DNA of 37,434 bases from Candidatus Margulisiibacteriota bacterium (GTDB lineage Bacteria > Margulisbacteria > Termititenacia > Termititenacales > Termititenacaceae). The position numbers and the translations under genes are program-made. Shown here in pieces: positions 9,001 to 16,320 of this stretch. The notes under the pieces were generated by a model. It did no database searches. It worked only from the letters and a program-made list of their open reading frames with translations, and was not told where the DNA came from. The stretch is from positions 1-37,434 of the forward strand of contig JAIRZV010000016.1 in the NCBI GenBank assembly GCA_031267055.1. The letters are read 5' to 3'. The first letter of the stretch is position 1. Each line of letters opens with the position of its first letter.

Positions 9001-11635
9001 CGAGACTATGCAAAAAATTATCAAAGGTATGTTCTTGCATTACTATCAATGGAACGGACAGTACACCATTCAGCAAGTCTGGGCAAATTTCAAAGACGAA
9101 ATGCAGCGTGACACTATCTCCAACGCTATGCCGACTATTCTTTACCGCGGTGTTGAATATCCTTTCTGGGATTTGCTGGATAAAGTTTTTGCGGAAATCG
9201 ATAAGAAAAAACTGCTGTCGCTGCATAGCTTTAAAGCGAACGGAAAAGAAAACTATGACTATGCTTTGGACGCTATGCGCCAGCGTTATAAAAAAGTCGA
9301 TGAAATTTTTGATGATGTTATGTTGAAAGTCATTTCGAATTTTAAAAGTTATGTTGAGGTTACTCAGCCTTATCTGGATGAACTAGCTATTGATCCTGAG
9401 ATGCAGGCGCTAAATAGAGAAAATCAGAAAGAGCTGGATATGCTTTCCACTTTACTGCCTACTTTACTGTTCGTGGCAAATGCCGGCCTGACTATGGACG
9501 AGATCGAGGACGCGCTGGTTTCAGAAAATGCGGATAAAGATAATTTGTTCAATAAATATAATTCTCTTCCGGTATTGTCCGCGTACCGGCCGGATGAGCA
9601 AGGCAATATCGTCAACTGGACGACAGTTTTATTACAGGCGCAGCAGGCTATGTATTATTCAATGTGGAATAAAAATCAGCGCGGCGGCTGGTATGATATG
9701 CTCGATTTCAATAGAACCAAATCTTATGTTGATGAAATGATGGGCTTTTTGCAAAATCAAGGCTGTTTCAATAAAAACCTACGTGTTCACGCGACTTATC
9801 TGCATTTGCTGCGTGGCGTGATCAATGTCGCCGTGCCGGTAGATAATTCTATTATGGACAACGGTCTGCCGAACACTGTTGGCAATAATCCCAATCCGCC
9901 GAGCTATGTACCAAGGATGTCCACAGAGCTGGGCGTTCCGGCCGCTGCCGCTGCCCTGTCCTCGGTGGTTATGCCGCTATTGGGGCCTGTTCTGTCGCCG
10001 CTGCTGCTCAATATTTTGACTTCAGTGTTGTATCTGAATGTTGTGCCCGGGGTACAGAGAAAAATGCAGGAAACTTACCGGCGTGTGTCTGTTTTGAAAG
10101 AGGAGAAAGAGGATGATAACTTTCTGCTTCGGCTGGAAAAATTGCATCAAGTTTTGGACTTGAGTAAGACCTACAGCGCGGTGGAGGATTACCGGATCAC
10201 GCTGGAGATGATGAAGTCTTTTTTGTGGGGACGGCAGATCAGGAGTTTTATCGGCTCGGCCAAAGCGGAAAGCGATCATGACGTCACCGCTCTGGTGCAA
10301 TTCCCACGCTGGTTTGGCGCGATCTTGGAACTGTCGCCAGCGGAGCTGATGGACGCCAAGTTTATGGAGAGATTTGCCAAAGAGCATCATATGCCGAAAT
10401 GGATTATGCGAGAAATAGTTAAATTCCGCGAGGAAGCGAGCTTCCATGACCTGCACCCGATGTCTATGTATTACAATCTGCGTTTTAGCATGGTGATGTC
10501 CATGTACGCGCTGTTCGGTTTTTCGCCGTTCTCTTTTGCCGGGCCGTTGAGCGCTGTGGCTGGCTCCGCGCTGCTGATCGGAGCGGTGGGTATATTTGCC
10601 TTGTTTGATTATATGTTTATTAAAAACCAAATCGCGGCGCATCACTGGACAGCCGCTGGCATCAATAGAGCCAATGAGAGGGTGGCGGAAGACCGGTCCA
10701 ATACGATCAACGGTATTTTAATACCCAAGATCGAGAGCACGCTGGTCAGCGTATATAAAATGAAGTTCATTTCTTCCCAGCCGGTGTATATACCTGAGAA
10801 ACGTTATGCGGATGGTCTGTATTTTGGCAAGGCGGATGCGCTCAAAATGCAAATAGCGGCTAAACTGCAATACCGCCAGAAATTAGCAGATTTGGCAACA
10901 ATGAAAGAACAGGCCGAAAAAAATATAACGGCGCTGGTCAACCAAATCGCCGGGCCTGAGCTGGCTAGATATGAAAAGGAGCTGCGTCAAGATAAACACT
11001 GGCAGAATAAGAGCGAAGCGGAAATAACACAAGAAGCCAAGCAGCGCGCTTATAAAGATATTCTGAATCTGGCACGCGGAGATGCCGGAATTCAAATATC
11101 TCTTAGATCTGGTCTTGAGTTAAACAAAAAACAAAAAGAAGGAATGTTAAGAAAAATAAACACCTTGTCGCAAGCCGCTGACTCGACTGAGGAGCAAAAA
11201 ATGGCTCTGCTGGATAATTTGATCGATATAGCTAAGCTAGATGATGTGATTGTGCGGACAGAAGCCACTATCGCCAGCAGCCGTGGTGGTATTGGTAACC
11301 CGCTGGGAGCATTAAGAGCCAGACGCCCCGGCGTAAGACTTAACAACTGGCACAATATGGTCCGCAAATATATGCCGGCGGTTTCTATGAGCGCTCTCAG
11401 CGCTTCCGCTTTGCTAACAATTGCCAGCAATCCTATGTCTGCGATTCTCTTAGTGCCTGTGCTGGTGTTTGGCTGGTTTAGCACGAGGAATCTTTTTCTC
11501 CGTCCGAAAAATTATGTGGAAAGAGGCATCGGTGGAGCAGTGCCCAGCCTGCGCGAAGCTCAATTATACGCGGAAAGATATTTTGATGGGCAAGGAACGC
11601 ATAATACAGCAAATGGAGGTGGCGATCATGAATAA
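3086..11635 (+). CDS. Giant (2849 aa) processive GT2 glycosyltransferase, cellulose-synthase (BcsA/CesA)-like, with large insertions
   Basis: Ordered motifs: DKD (aa 2150-2152), VLLQAQQAMYY (~VQTPQ.FY, Q2184), TVGNN (~FCGS), SAVEDY (~TED, 2366-2368), QFPRW (2405-2409, 37 aa after the Asp). These are followed by hydrophobic helices (SMYALFGFSPF, ALLIGAVGIFALFDYMFI), KFISSQP (~FxVTxK position) and terminal TMs ending GWFSTRNL. GGGAG RBS. Confidence 0.72.
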   Translation: MYQYLLKVISDRVGPPDRREIANSNVPNANNAETGLVDAYGRELDARSPATVRLRLADGTIVDAAVLDYVYAGQQVKLLTDGAGRPLFIAKPTGYDVHGNIEYEFMEVVRDAAGAIHGQRIKRILLLNADGSIYRTIKEEKIILNDSDLSRVVVIGTNTAARQASENERNGFAEDGTEFNVSELSKEIGTTFNLRVYKDGAAGEAPSVYTRIIKFGNSSVENLAVFDKNGLLYVVMPGKAAETWELHSARFKDEVQNMVIIGAEVTGSSQVSFAGAVVGAEAAQIMPKNNAAAATISDNHIEPSGLTTTLTQAGEYFRDNYKGHLAITQSRNPAHAFRKEIGKEGGDYDIDIYPIVERLYEKSATNKELLTVIEAMNKSEKKKLLHWLEKRAKELEKKVEETELLGGIKRYPLRATADILMQLFLRTLAPEAGVGSEALLGAINQMVYSYFGGSMNYFFKSMMDYSKETHYADKSGGSSFVLAMHGNPELGRFLGTIPKEYTREYVNTEDAAGRYGDTGIVLKKQGDGSIDFRFSYATSLQDAREFGVYINGLIARAERELADLKTRNSEYSAKEQEIFARREAELEKLKESYGKDAHGRDIGYLARAEKLLDNFDKELEALTAEYKDIVAAQELLGSLYSIRYAADRRFSLSDAGRRDRGWAGIWYFQLDKKKPLTLPKEIQDHKGVYIHEKNNILQVNYFLTRAELDEYLVPALKNAGYSNDFIEKVRIGFKIVESAYYAEIANRGPFTELPADQRQRQVTEVAAFTSVIYDLPIEHLYISFMQEEYSLHKVTLAIQANSPEETHSANAYGNAAHARERETRANAVNDTIMTRYSKGRLVHLLEELMSEISKKHIEIGSNLDNILESIVYMFDASKTQSQAERLLAVKEIVLNFLSGNLDTKEKRIATLQAAIQMDDFVSADAQRNELLSHNYRLLGLILADQHGRRIPWNMILDEVLQDPRIFPADDRERSIMTVGFQKLNMFQNENAGKRGAVPYKHRGIVINDLNGYDPETEFPLRQALREVLAEELKKGLILEAQIDNTVNLLITATEWQEKSVPRIAEIMSGFWTNGQLSIAEQDELRGLLLQYFAVDADEMQRIINDLIANKEAIRNREQLYLDTDIGSNHINQINAENLGLKAYLGVYGYARGYNIYTKGSSRPNISEALAAKPKGEKFSEKEIKELFGAAFMDYMSGRTGSDGGINEVTRWIESEHLLLGFSDLRRQNGMQKARESRIIDPTFGKLRRRLGLSDIDNQLYFPESHGELYQELTHVKETQKIHNNGTMASLSKDSLDHIVRNYDTIGYEIMSAVAEYEDTASIDATIEKLKAAGFNVVDLKNIEPETDKDKQECIYDLDKRTITVTPNVEELRKTIIRELDGDSHKIVSYKNGMFTIEFDEGTEGMALWLADSLEAKGYTARANTRWVTVESNINLITDILGAEGEKVKYNRELTFVTNSRDFIKLILDEKLSQDEAKVLVTIFNSHAEYVSDFKGEEERKMNYLSEALRRKVVEVLKDPHVGLYASLDDMEKWINDKSKENLWFAGQTHREQVRAFWRDRRAKLKIKLNEAIKEFAGDHKADIEGFTSINADTLTDRYMEVIEDAQNLLQATADGMLLEINRAVDNYKVIVGQNILAPVSAAAGQNLTVQQILLNMQIDGANSSRAELDAVSSGIDWMGTNDKKIVDALKFLLSVPKNVNKPNQSGAVDPKNIQLSFAQLANGRKLDKENPVGYLAGALKLAAAHQPGQKYVRSKHWNIFVSDLLSSISVNGGREAKNYTGAEATIKTVAELAEHDEVKKILELLKGLSENEIQSLIDQTVAWLEAEARYKASLEPILEGKGMSRDTATVLTDMLFAQDTEDGYRGELSVKANAIEFVDTYHKDSYPKGAHTTGEYEMPDGTKGNGLILNNGILRDYIKARIDAQSAPKRAELDSWKREQESMFNIIRISPKYDSTFKPETFNGSYIGLTPFETMQKIIKGMFLHYYQWNGQYTIQQVWANFKDEMQRDTISNAMPTILYRGVEYPFWDLLDKVFAEIDKKKLLSLHSFKANGKENYDYALDAMRQRYKKVDEIFDDVMLKVISNFKSYVEVTQPYLDELAIDPEMQALNRENQKELDMLSTLLPTLLFVANAGLTMDEIEDALVSENADKDNLFNKYNSLPVLSAYRPDEQGNIVNWTTVLLQAQQAMYYSMWNKNQRGGWYDMLDFNRTKSYVDEMMGFLQNQGCFNKNLRVHATYLHLLRGVINVAVPVDNSIMDNGLPNTVGNNPNPPSYVPRMSTELGVPAAAAALSSVVMPLLGPVLSPLLLNILTSVLYLNVVPGVQRKMQETYRRVSVLKEEKEDDNFLLRLEKLHQVLDLSKTYSAVEDYRITLEMMKSFLWGRQIRSFIGSAKAESDHDVTALVQFPRWFGAILELSPAELMDAKFMERFAKEHHMPKWIMREIVKFREEASFHDLHPMSMYYNLRFSMVMSMYALFGFSPFSFAGPLSAVAGSALLIGAVGIFALFDYMFIKNQIAAHHWTAAGINRANERVAEDRSNTINGILIPKIESTLVSVYKMKFISSQPVYIPEKRYADGLYFGKADALKMQIAAKLQYRQKLADLATMKEQAEKNITALVNQIAGPELARYEKELRQDKHWQNKSEAEITQEAKQRAYKDILNLARGDAGIQISLRSGLELNKKQKEGMLRKINTLSQAADSTEEQKMALLDNLIDIAKLDDVIVRTEATIASSRGGIGNPLGALRARRPGVRLNNWHNMVRKYMPAVSMSALSASALLTIASNPMSAILLVPVLVFGWFSTRNLFLRPKNYVERGIGGAVPSLREAQLYAERYFDGQGTHNTANGGGDHE

Positions 11636-14600
11636 ATGGCTGACTAAAATACTTTCGGATGAAGAGTTATTAAGAAGAGTCAGAATGGGCGGCGGATCGA
11701 AACCGCCGAGAAAACCCTGGCCGCCTCTGGCTAAAGCAGGGATTGCCGTTGCTGGACTTGGCGCAGTTGGTGTTGCTGGCTATCAATGCGAAGCAGCCAA
11801 AGAATCCAGAAGAAGCGAAGTAGAGCCTGCTGAGGCAACGGAAGCCTTAGAACAGGAAACGGCCGAAAGCGAAACGACATCTATCCATGACGAAGGAATG
11901 AAAATTTTAAACGAGGCTTTGGAAAAAACTGACTTGAAAAACGAGGAAAATCTGAACATCAAAATTCAGACCACGCTTGATAATGTTATGCGGGGTGATA
12001 ACGGCAACAAATTAAAAGTGACGCTTGGCGACGCGATATTTATTCAAGATCCCAGCCAGCCACAAAATGGCATTGTTTCGGAAAGTGTTTATTTCCTGCG
12101 CATCGCCGCGGCTAAGCCTAGCGAGGAAACCCAGAAGTTTTTTGACGGGCTGCTGCGTGGCTTTGATCAAATGACTGCGCTGGGTGGCGGCCACGGCGTG
12201 TTCCCGGCTTGGACGGTAAAGATCGAGAACGACCGTTTGGTTTTGAATACAGACAAAGACGCTGGCGCGCATAATTCTGCCGCTGACTCCGATCATGATC
12301 TGATCATGGCTTTGCTGGTAGCCGTGCAAAATGTAAAAAACAATGATTGGGAGGATAGTGATTACGCCGAGCGGCTGGAAAAACTGATCGATGGTCTGGC
12401 TAAAGAATATATTGAGGTGGCTGGCCGCTGGGCGCTGAAGCCTTCAGAAGATTGGTACGGCGATGAGCAGGGCGAATGGTTTTATCTGGACTACTTTTCC
12501 CCAGAAACCTGTTTTGCGCTGGCGCAATATTTAGCTGCCAAAAATGATCCGCGCGCGGCGTTTTGGCAAAAGTGCGGAGAGGACAGTCTGGAAATATATG
12601 CCGCTTGTCTGGAGCAGATCGGCTGGGTGCCTGAGCAGGTTTCCCTTGGCATTGATGAGGATGGCAATCTGCTGGTCGAAGCGCGGCAAGGCCATGGTTT
12701 GCAGGGTTGGGACGGCATTCGCGCGCCAAGCCGTATTGCTGCCGGTCTGCCTTATTATATTAAGGCCAATAAATTGACCGAAGAACAAAAAGCGATTTTT
12801 ACAGAATATCTAAATAAATGGAATGATCCTGCCGGCAAAGCTTCCGGCATGGCTCCGGCTTTGACTGCGGCGGCTTATCTGCCTCTGGCTGTGCAGCTGG
12901 GCGCTGTTGATTTGGCCGCCGAGATGCTGTCCGTGCTGGCCAAAGAAAATACCGCCGCGGTTTATGCCAGTCAAGATCAGTATTACGAAACCTCGTTGAT
13001 TTTAAAAGCGTTGGTTGATGTCAGCGCGCCTTATGATCTAGACAAGTATTCTCGGATGGGCGACTATACTCCGGCTTGGCGGTTAGAAGACATTTGCGAT
13101 CCACAGGCTGGTTATTATGGCCAAGTTGGTGTTTTGAGCGCTTTTGGCGCGCTGGGTTTTGTGATCAACCCCGATCCGCCCAGCCAGTTTAAGATTTATA
13201 AAGGCATTAACACCCATATTATTACCGCCGAGAGTATGCTTTCTGGTTTGGCTGACGCAATGGCCGCGGGTGATATGGCTAAATTTCAGGCCATCTTTAA
13301 TATGATCGATGCGCTGTGCGTAGAAAATTATAACAAGGGCAAAGCCAAAAGATTATTTTTGCCGAGAGTGGTGACCTTGAAGCCGCAGGATAGCGCGCGT
13401 AAATTGTCTTTAGACAATTTTACTATACCCGGAGGCAATGACGGCAAAGCTTCCAGCAGCGGCGCGGATTTAATGCTGCTGGCTTTATTGATCAAGGCTC
13501 TGGACATGGATTTTAATACAGGATTGATGAACGCTCCAAAGTTTTTGTACGATGCTCAGAACCGGATCAGGAATTTTATCGCCAGATACGCCAGCGAGAT
13601 GGTCAAGAGCAGTGGCGATGTTTATCCTTATACGGATGAGACTGGCGCAACGCGGCTGCTATTGACACCAGGTGGTTTGATTGGCAGTAATGAGTCACCA
13701 AGAGATCAGAGCATTATATACGAGTATCATACTGATTATGTACAAAATCTGGATATTTTGCGCTGCATCGTTCAATATTTTAGGCCGGGATTTGGCATTG
13801 GTAATAGTAAAGGTTCCTCAGAGTTGTATACAATTTTTACCGCACTGTTGTCCGATACGGAAGAATTGAAAAAAAGGATTGACGCGAAATTTTCTGACGC
13901 CGTTAAATATCCGCAAGGGATGCCGCAAACGGTGTACATCTACCTGCCCCACGCGTCTGGGCAGCCGGTGCGAGTGCTGGATGCCAATGAATTTAGCGCG
14001 GAGATGAATCCAAATAAGAAAGAGGAATATATTTCATTGAATTACCCGGGCTCCAATGGCTATGATTACGGTTACTATTATACGCAAATCATGCAAGCCG
14101 CCAGCTCCGGCAAACAACCAGCGATAGATTTTAAGCAAACGAAAGCGCAGGTCAATGTGAATGAGGACTATATCTATGGCAAGACCGGCATCGGCGTGGT
14201 GGCCAATCATGTTGCACGTCATCATGGCGTGGCCGGTATATCTCCGTTGCATGATCGGAGATTGCAAAATGATTCGGAAATCGGCCGCGGCCGCCTGCAG
14301 ACAGCGGATTCTAAAGCATATGATAGGACGCCTTACCCGTTTGCTGTGTCAATTCCTATACTTTTTTTCAATATTGATATTATTGGCGACTGGGAAAAAG
14401 TTTTCAGCGACCGGCTGCGCGCGGCGCTCAGGAGAATGAGCGAAGCGGATTATGCGGCGCAGGGCGAACAAATGTACACCAATACTTTGCTGGCTTATGC
14501 CGGATTGCCCACTGCGAAAATGGTCAAAAAGGGCATGACTACCGAGCGCGTTGCCATTACCGCTATACGGGTAGATGACTTTCTGGAATCAGTTCTGGGT

Positions 14601-16295
14601 TTTTCCGAAGAATTTGTCCGTAAAGGTCTTTATATTGAAATTTCTGCCGTTGATGTGGTTTCTTATTACTTGCTGCAGATTAGCGCGATGTTCGGTTATG
14701 ACAAGCCGGAATTGCTGCATCGTATCAATATGCTGCTGGCGGAGATCGAGAGACAGGCGCAGACTAAAGGAAAAGAAGTGGATTTAGACAATCCTATTGT
14801 CAAGGCGCTGAAGCTCCAGCAGCTTTTGCTGTGGAACAATATGTCGCCGCTGCAAAGAGACCGGCTTGATCTTGCCGATCTGGAGCATTACGGGTTAAGG
14901 CCTCTCTATAATTATTTTAAAGACCAACCCGCAACGCAAAACGATATCATTAAGCTGACAGAATTTTCTTGGGATGGCATTGAACTGGATGTGTCCGATG
15001 CAATAGTAGACCCTGTTACAGGAGAAAAAGAGTATACGTTGACGCCGGATAAACTCAAAAAGATGCGCATACCGCAGCAGTTGAAAGATGTGGTGTTTAG
15101 TGAAATAGCGCGGAGAGATATTTTAGAAAAGATTAAAAAGTATCCATTGCCTGTTCCGCTGGAAAGAGAGAAAGAGCGTGAAGAAAACCTTAGAGAAGAG
15201 CTTTTTGATTATATAGATAATTTGCCGAAAGAGTATAAGGTGCCCGGTTTGATCCCGATCCTTTTCTCGGAAGGCGAGCTTGATGAAAATGACGAACGCA
15301 AACCTGACCCGATCCCGCGCGCCATCAAGGAAGAATTTATCCGTACATATCTGGATGAAATCGACTACACTAAAGCCGGCGCTTCTGGAAAGTACAACAC
15401 TTTGTGGCAGGCGTATACTTTGCTTCTTTATAAAGAAGTCAGCAAGGAGATCAGCGATTGGGTAAAGAAAGTAAAAGCCGACGAGAGTGATCAGCCGAAT
15501 GCAAAGACGCTGCTGTTGATAAAACAAAAATTAGCAAATCTGACCGCTATGCTGAATATTATGCATCTGACCGGCCTGCCACTGGAGCAGCAGAGCACTG
15601 ACCCGCTGATCGAACAATTCGCTAAGGCCAGGGAAATTAATGATAAAGCGTTCGACGATTTTGTGGGCACATATGAGGAACAAGGAATCTTGGCGGATAT
15701 ATTCAACAATATCTACTGGCTAGGCAACGATCTAGAACAGCTCAAAGATGCTAAAGAAGACGGAAGCTTGTACAGACAGAGAGGGTTTGATTTATTGAAT
15801 GTCTATACAACAAATAATGCGGATTGGGAAAATAGTGATAAATTGAACGGCGTGTATATGCGTTTGCATCTGCAGGAAAGTGCTAGAAACAAGGAGCTTA
15901 CTCCAGAGCAAATTACAGAAAATTTAAATAAACTGCGGCAGCGGCAAAGAGCAGCCAATGCCTATGGCAATAAACGGGAATATGCTTACTTTTTGCAGAC
16001 GGAAGCGTTTGTATATTCACAAGTGGGTTATAACCCGCAGCCGGATGAAAGGAATGAAAATCCAGAAAACGGGTATAGTAGATATAGGGATATAGTAACT
16101 GACGAAATTCTTAAACAGTTCGATTATATATTGGCTGAGGTGAAAAATATGCAAATGGATGTAGAGTCTATAAATCCGCCACCGCTTTCTCCGGTTTCGG
16201 CAGATGATTCACAGGAAAATAACCCGACGGATACCCATGAAGATCGTACGGAAGAGACTAATATTGACGATGCAAGGAATATATTTGGTTTTTAA
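11628..16295 (+). CDS. Membrane-anchored/lipoprotein-like protein (~1555 aa) with two tandem GH8-like (BcsZ-like) domains and a helical C-terminal region
   Basis: Start revised to ATG 11628 (GGAGGT at 11615-11620; overlaps the upstream stop). Domain 1: VSESVYF (E152), NSAADSDHDLIMALLVA (D220), LDYFSP, GWVPE, GWDGIRAPSRIA (D362), YYETSL. Domain 2: TAESM...GDMAKFQAIF, SSSGADLMLLALLIKA, LLTPG, GYDY, YTNTL. Confidence 0.8.
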   Translation: MNKWLTKILSDEELLRRVRMGGGSKPPRKPWPPLAKAGIAVAGLGAVGVAGYQCEAAKESRRSEVEPAEATEALEQETAESETTSIHDEGMKILNEALEKTDLKNEENLNIKIQTTLDNVMRGDNGNKLKVTLGDAIFIQDPSQPQNGIVSESVYFLRIAAAKPSEETQKFFDGLLRGFDQMTALGGGHGVFPAWTVKIENDRLVLNTDKDAGAHNSAADSDHDLIMALLVAVQNVKNNDWEDSDYAERLEKLIDGLAKEYIEVAGRWALKPSEDWYGDEQGEWFYLDYFSPETCFALAQYLAAKNDPRAAFWQKCGEDSLEIYAACLEQIGWVPEQVSLGIDEDGNLLVEARQGHGLQGWDGIRAPSRIAAGLPYYIKANKLTEEQKAIFTEYLNKWNDPAGKASGMAPALTAAAYLPLAVQLGAVDLAAEMLSVLAKENTAAVYASQDQYYETSLILKALVDVSAPYDLDKYSRMGDYTPAWRLEDICDPQAGYYGQVGVLSAFGALGFVINPDPPSQFKIYKGINTHIITAESMLSGLADAMAAGDMAKFQAIFNMIDALCVENYNKGKAKRLFLPRVVTLKPQDSARKLSLDNFTIPGGNDGKASSSGADLMLLALLIKALDMDFNTGLMNAPKFLYDAQNRIRNFIARYASEMVKSSGDVYPYTDETGATRLLLTPGGLIGSNESPRDQSIIYEYHTDYVQNLDILRCIVQYFRPGFGIGNSKGSSELYTIFTALLSDTEELKKRIDAKFSDAVKYPQGMPQTVYIYLPHASGQPVRVLDANEFSAEMNPNKKEEYISLNYPGSNGYDYGYYYTQIMQAASSGKQPAIDFKQTKAQVNVNEDYIYGKTGIGVVANHVARHHGVAGISPLHDRRLQNDSEIGRGRLQTADSKAYDRTPYPFAVSIPILFFNIDIIGDWEKVFSDRLRAALRRMSEADYAAQGEQMYTNTLLAYAGLPTAKMVKKGMTTERVAITAIRVDDFLESVLGFSEEFVRKGLYIEISAVDVVSYYLLQISAMFGYDKPELLHRINMLLAEIERQAQTKGKEVDLDNPIVKALKLQQLLLWNNMSPLQRDRLDLADLEHYGLRPLYNYFKDQPATQNDIIKLTEFSWDGIELDVSDAIVDPVTGEKEYTLTPDKLKKMRIPQQLKDVVFSEIARRDILEKIKKYPLPVPLEREKEREENLREELFDYIDNLPKEYKVPGLIPILFSEGELDENDERKPDPIPRAIKEEFIRTYLDEIDYTKAGASGKYNTLWQAYTLLLYKEVSKEISDWVKKVKADESDQPNAKTLLLIKQKLANLTAMLNIMHLTGLPLEQQSTDPLIEQFAKAREINDKAFDDFVGTYEEQGILADIFNNIYWLGNDLEQLKDAKEDGSLYRQRGFDLLNVYTTNNADWENSDKLNGVYMRLHLQESARNKELTPEQITENLNKLRQRQRAANAYGNKREYAYFLQTEAFVYSQVGYNPQPDERNENPENGYSRYRDIVTDEILKQFDYILAEVKNMQMDVESINPPPLSPVSADDSQENNPTDTHEDRTEETNIDDARNIFGF

Positions 16296-16320
16296 GAGAG
16301 CCTAAATTTGGAGGAAAGTT

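Noticed and set aside
11310-11345. RPGVR as the RxxxR c-di-GMP motif of a PilZ domain
   Set aside because: It lies before the last TM helices and is not followed by DxSxxG or a beta-barrel-sized domain.
11469-11627. ORF-track start of the GH8 gene at 11469
   Set aside because: It would overlap the upstream gene by 167 bp; ATG 11628 has a GGAGGT RBS and coupled stop/start geometry.
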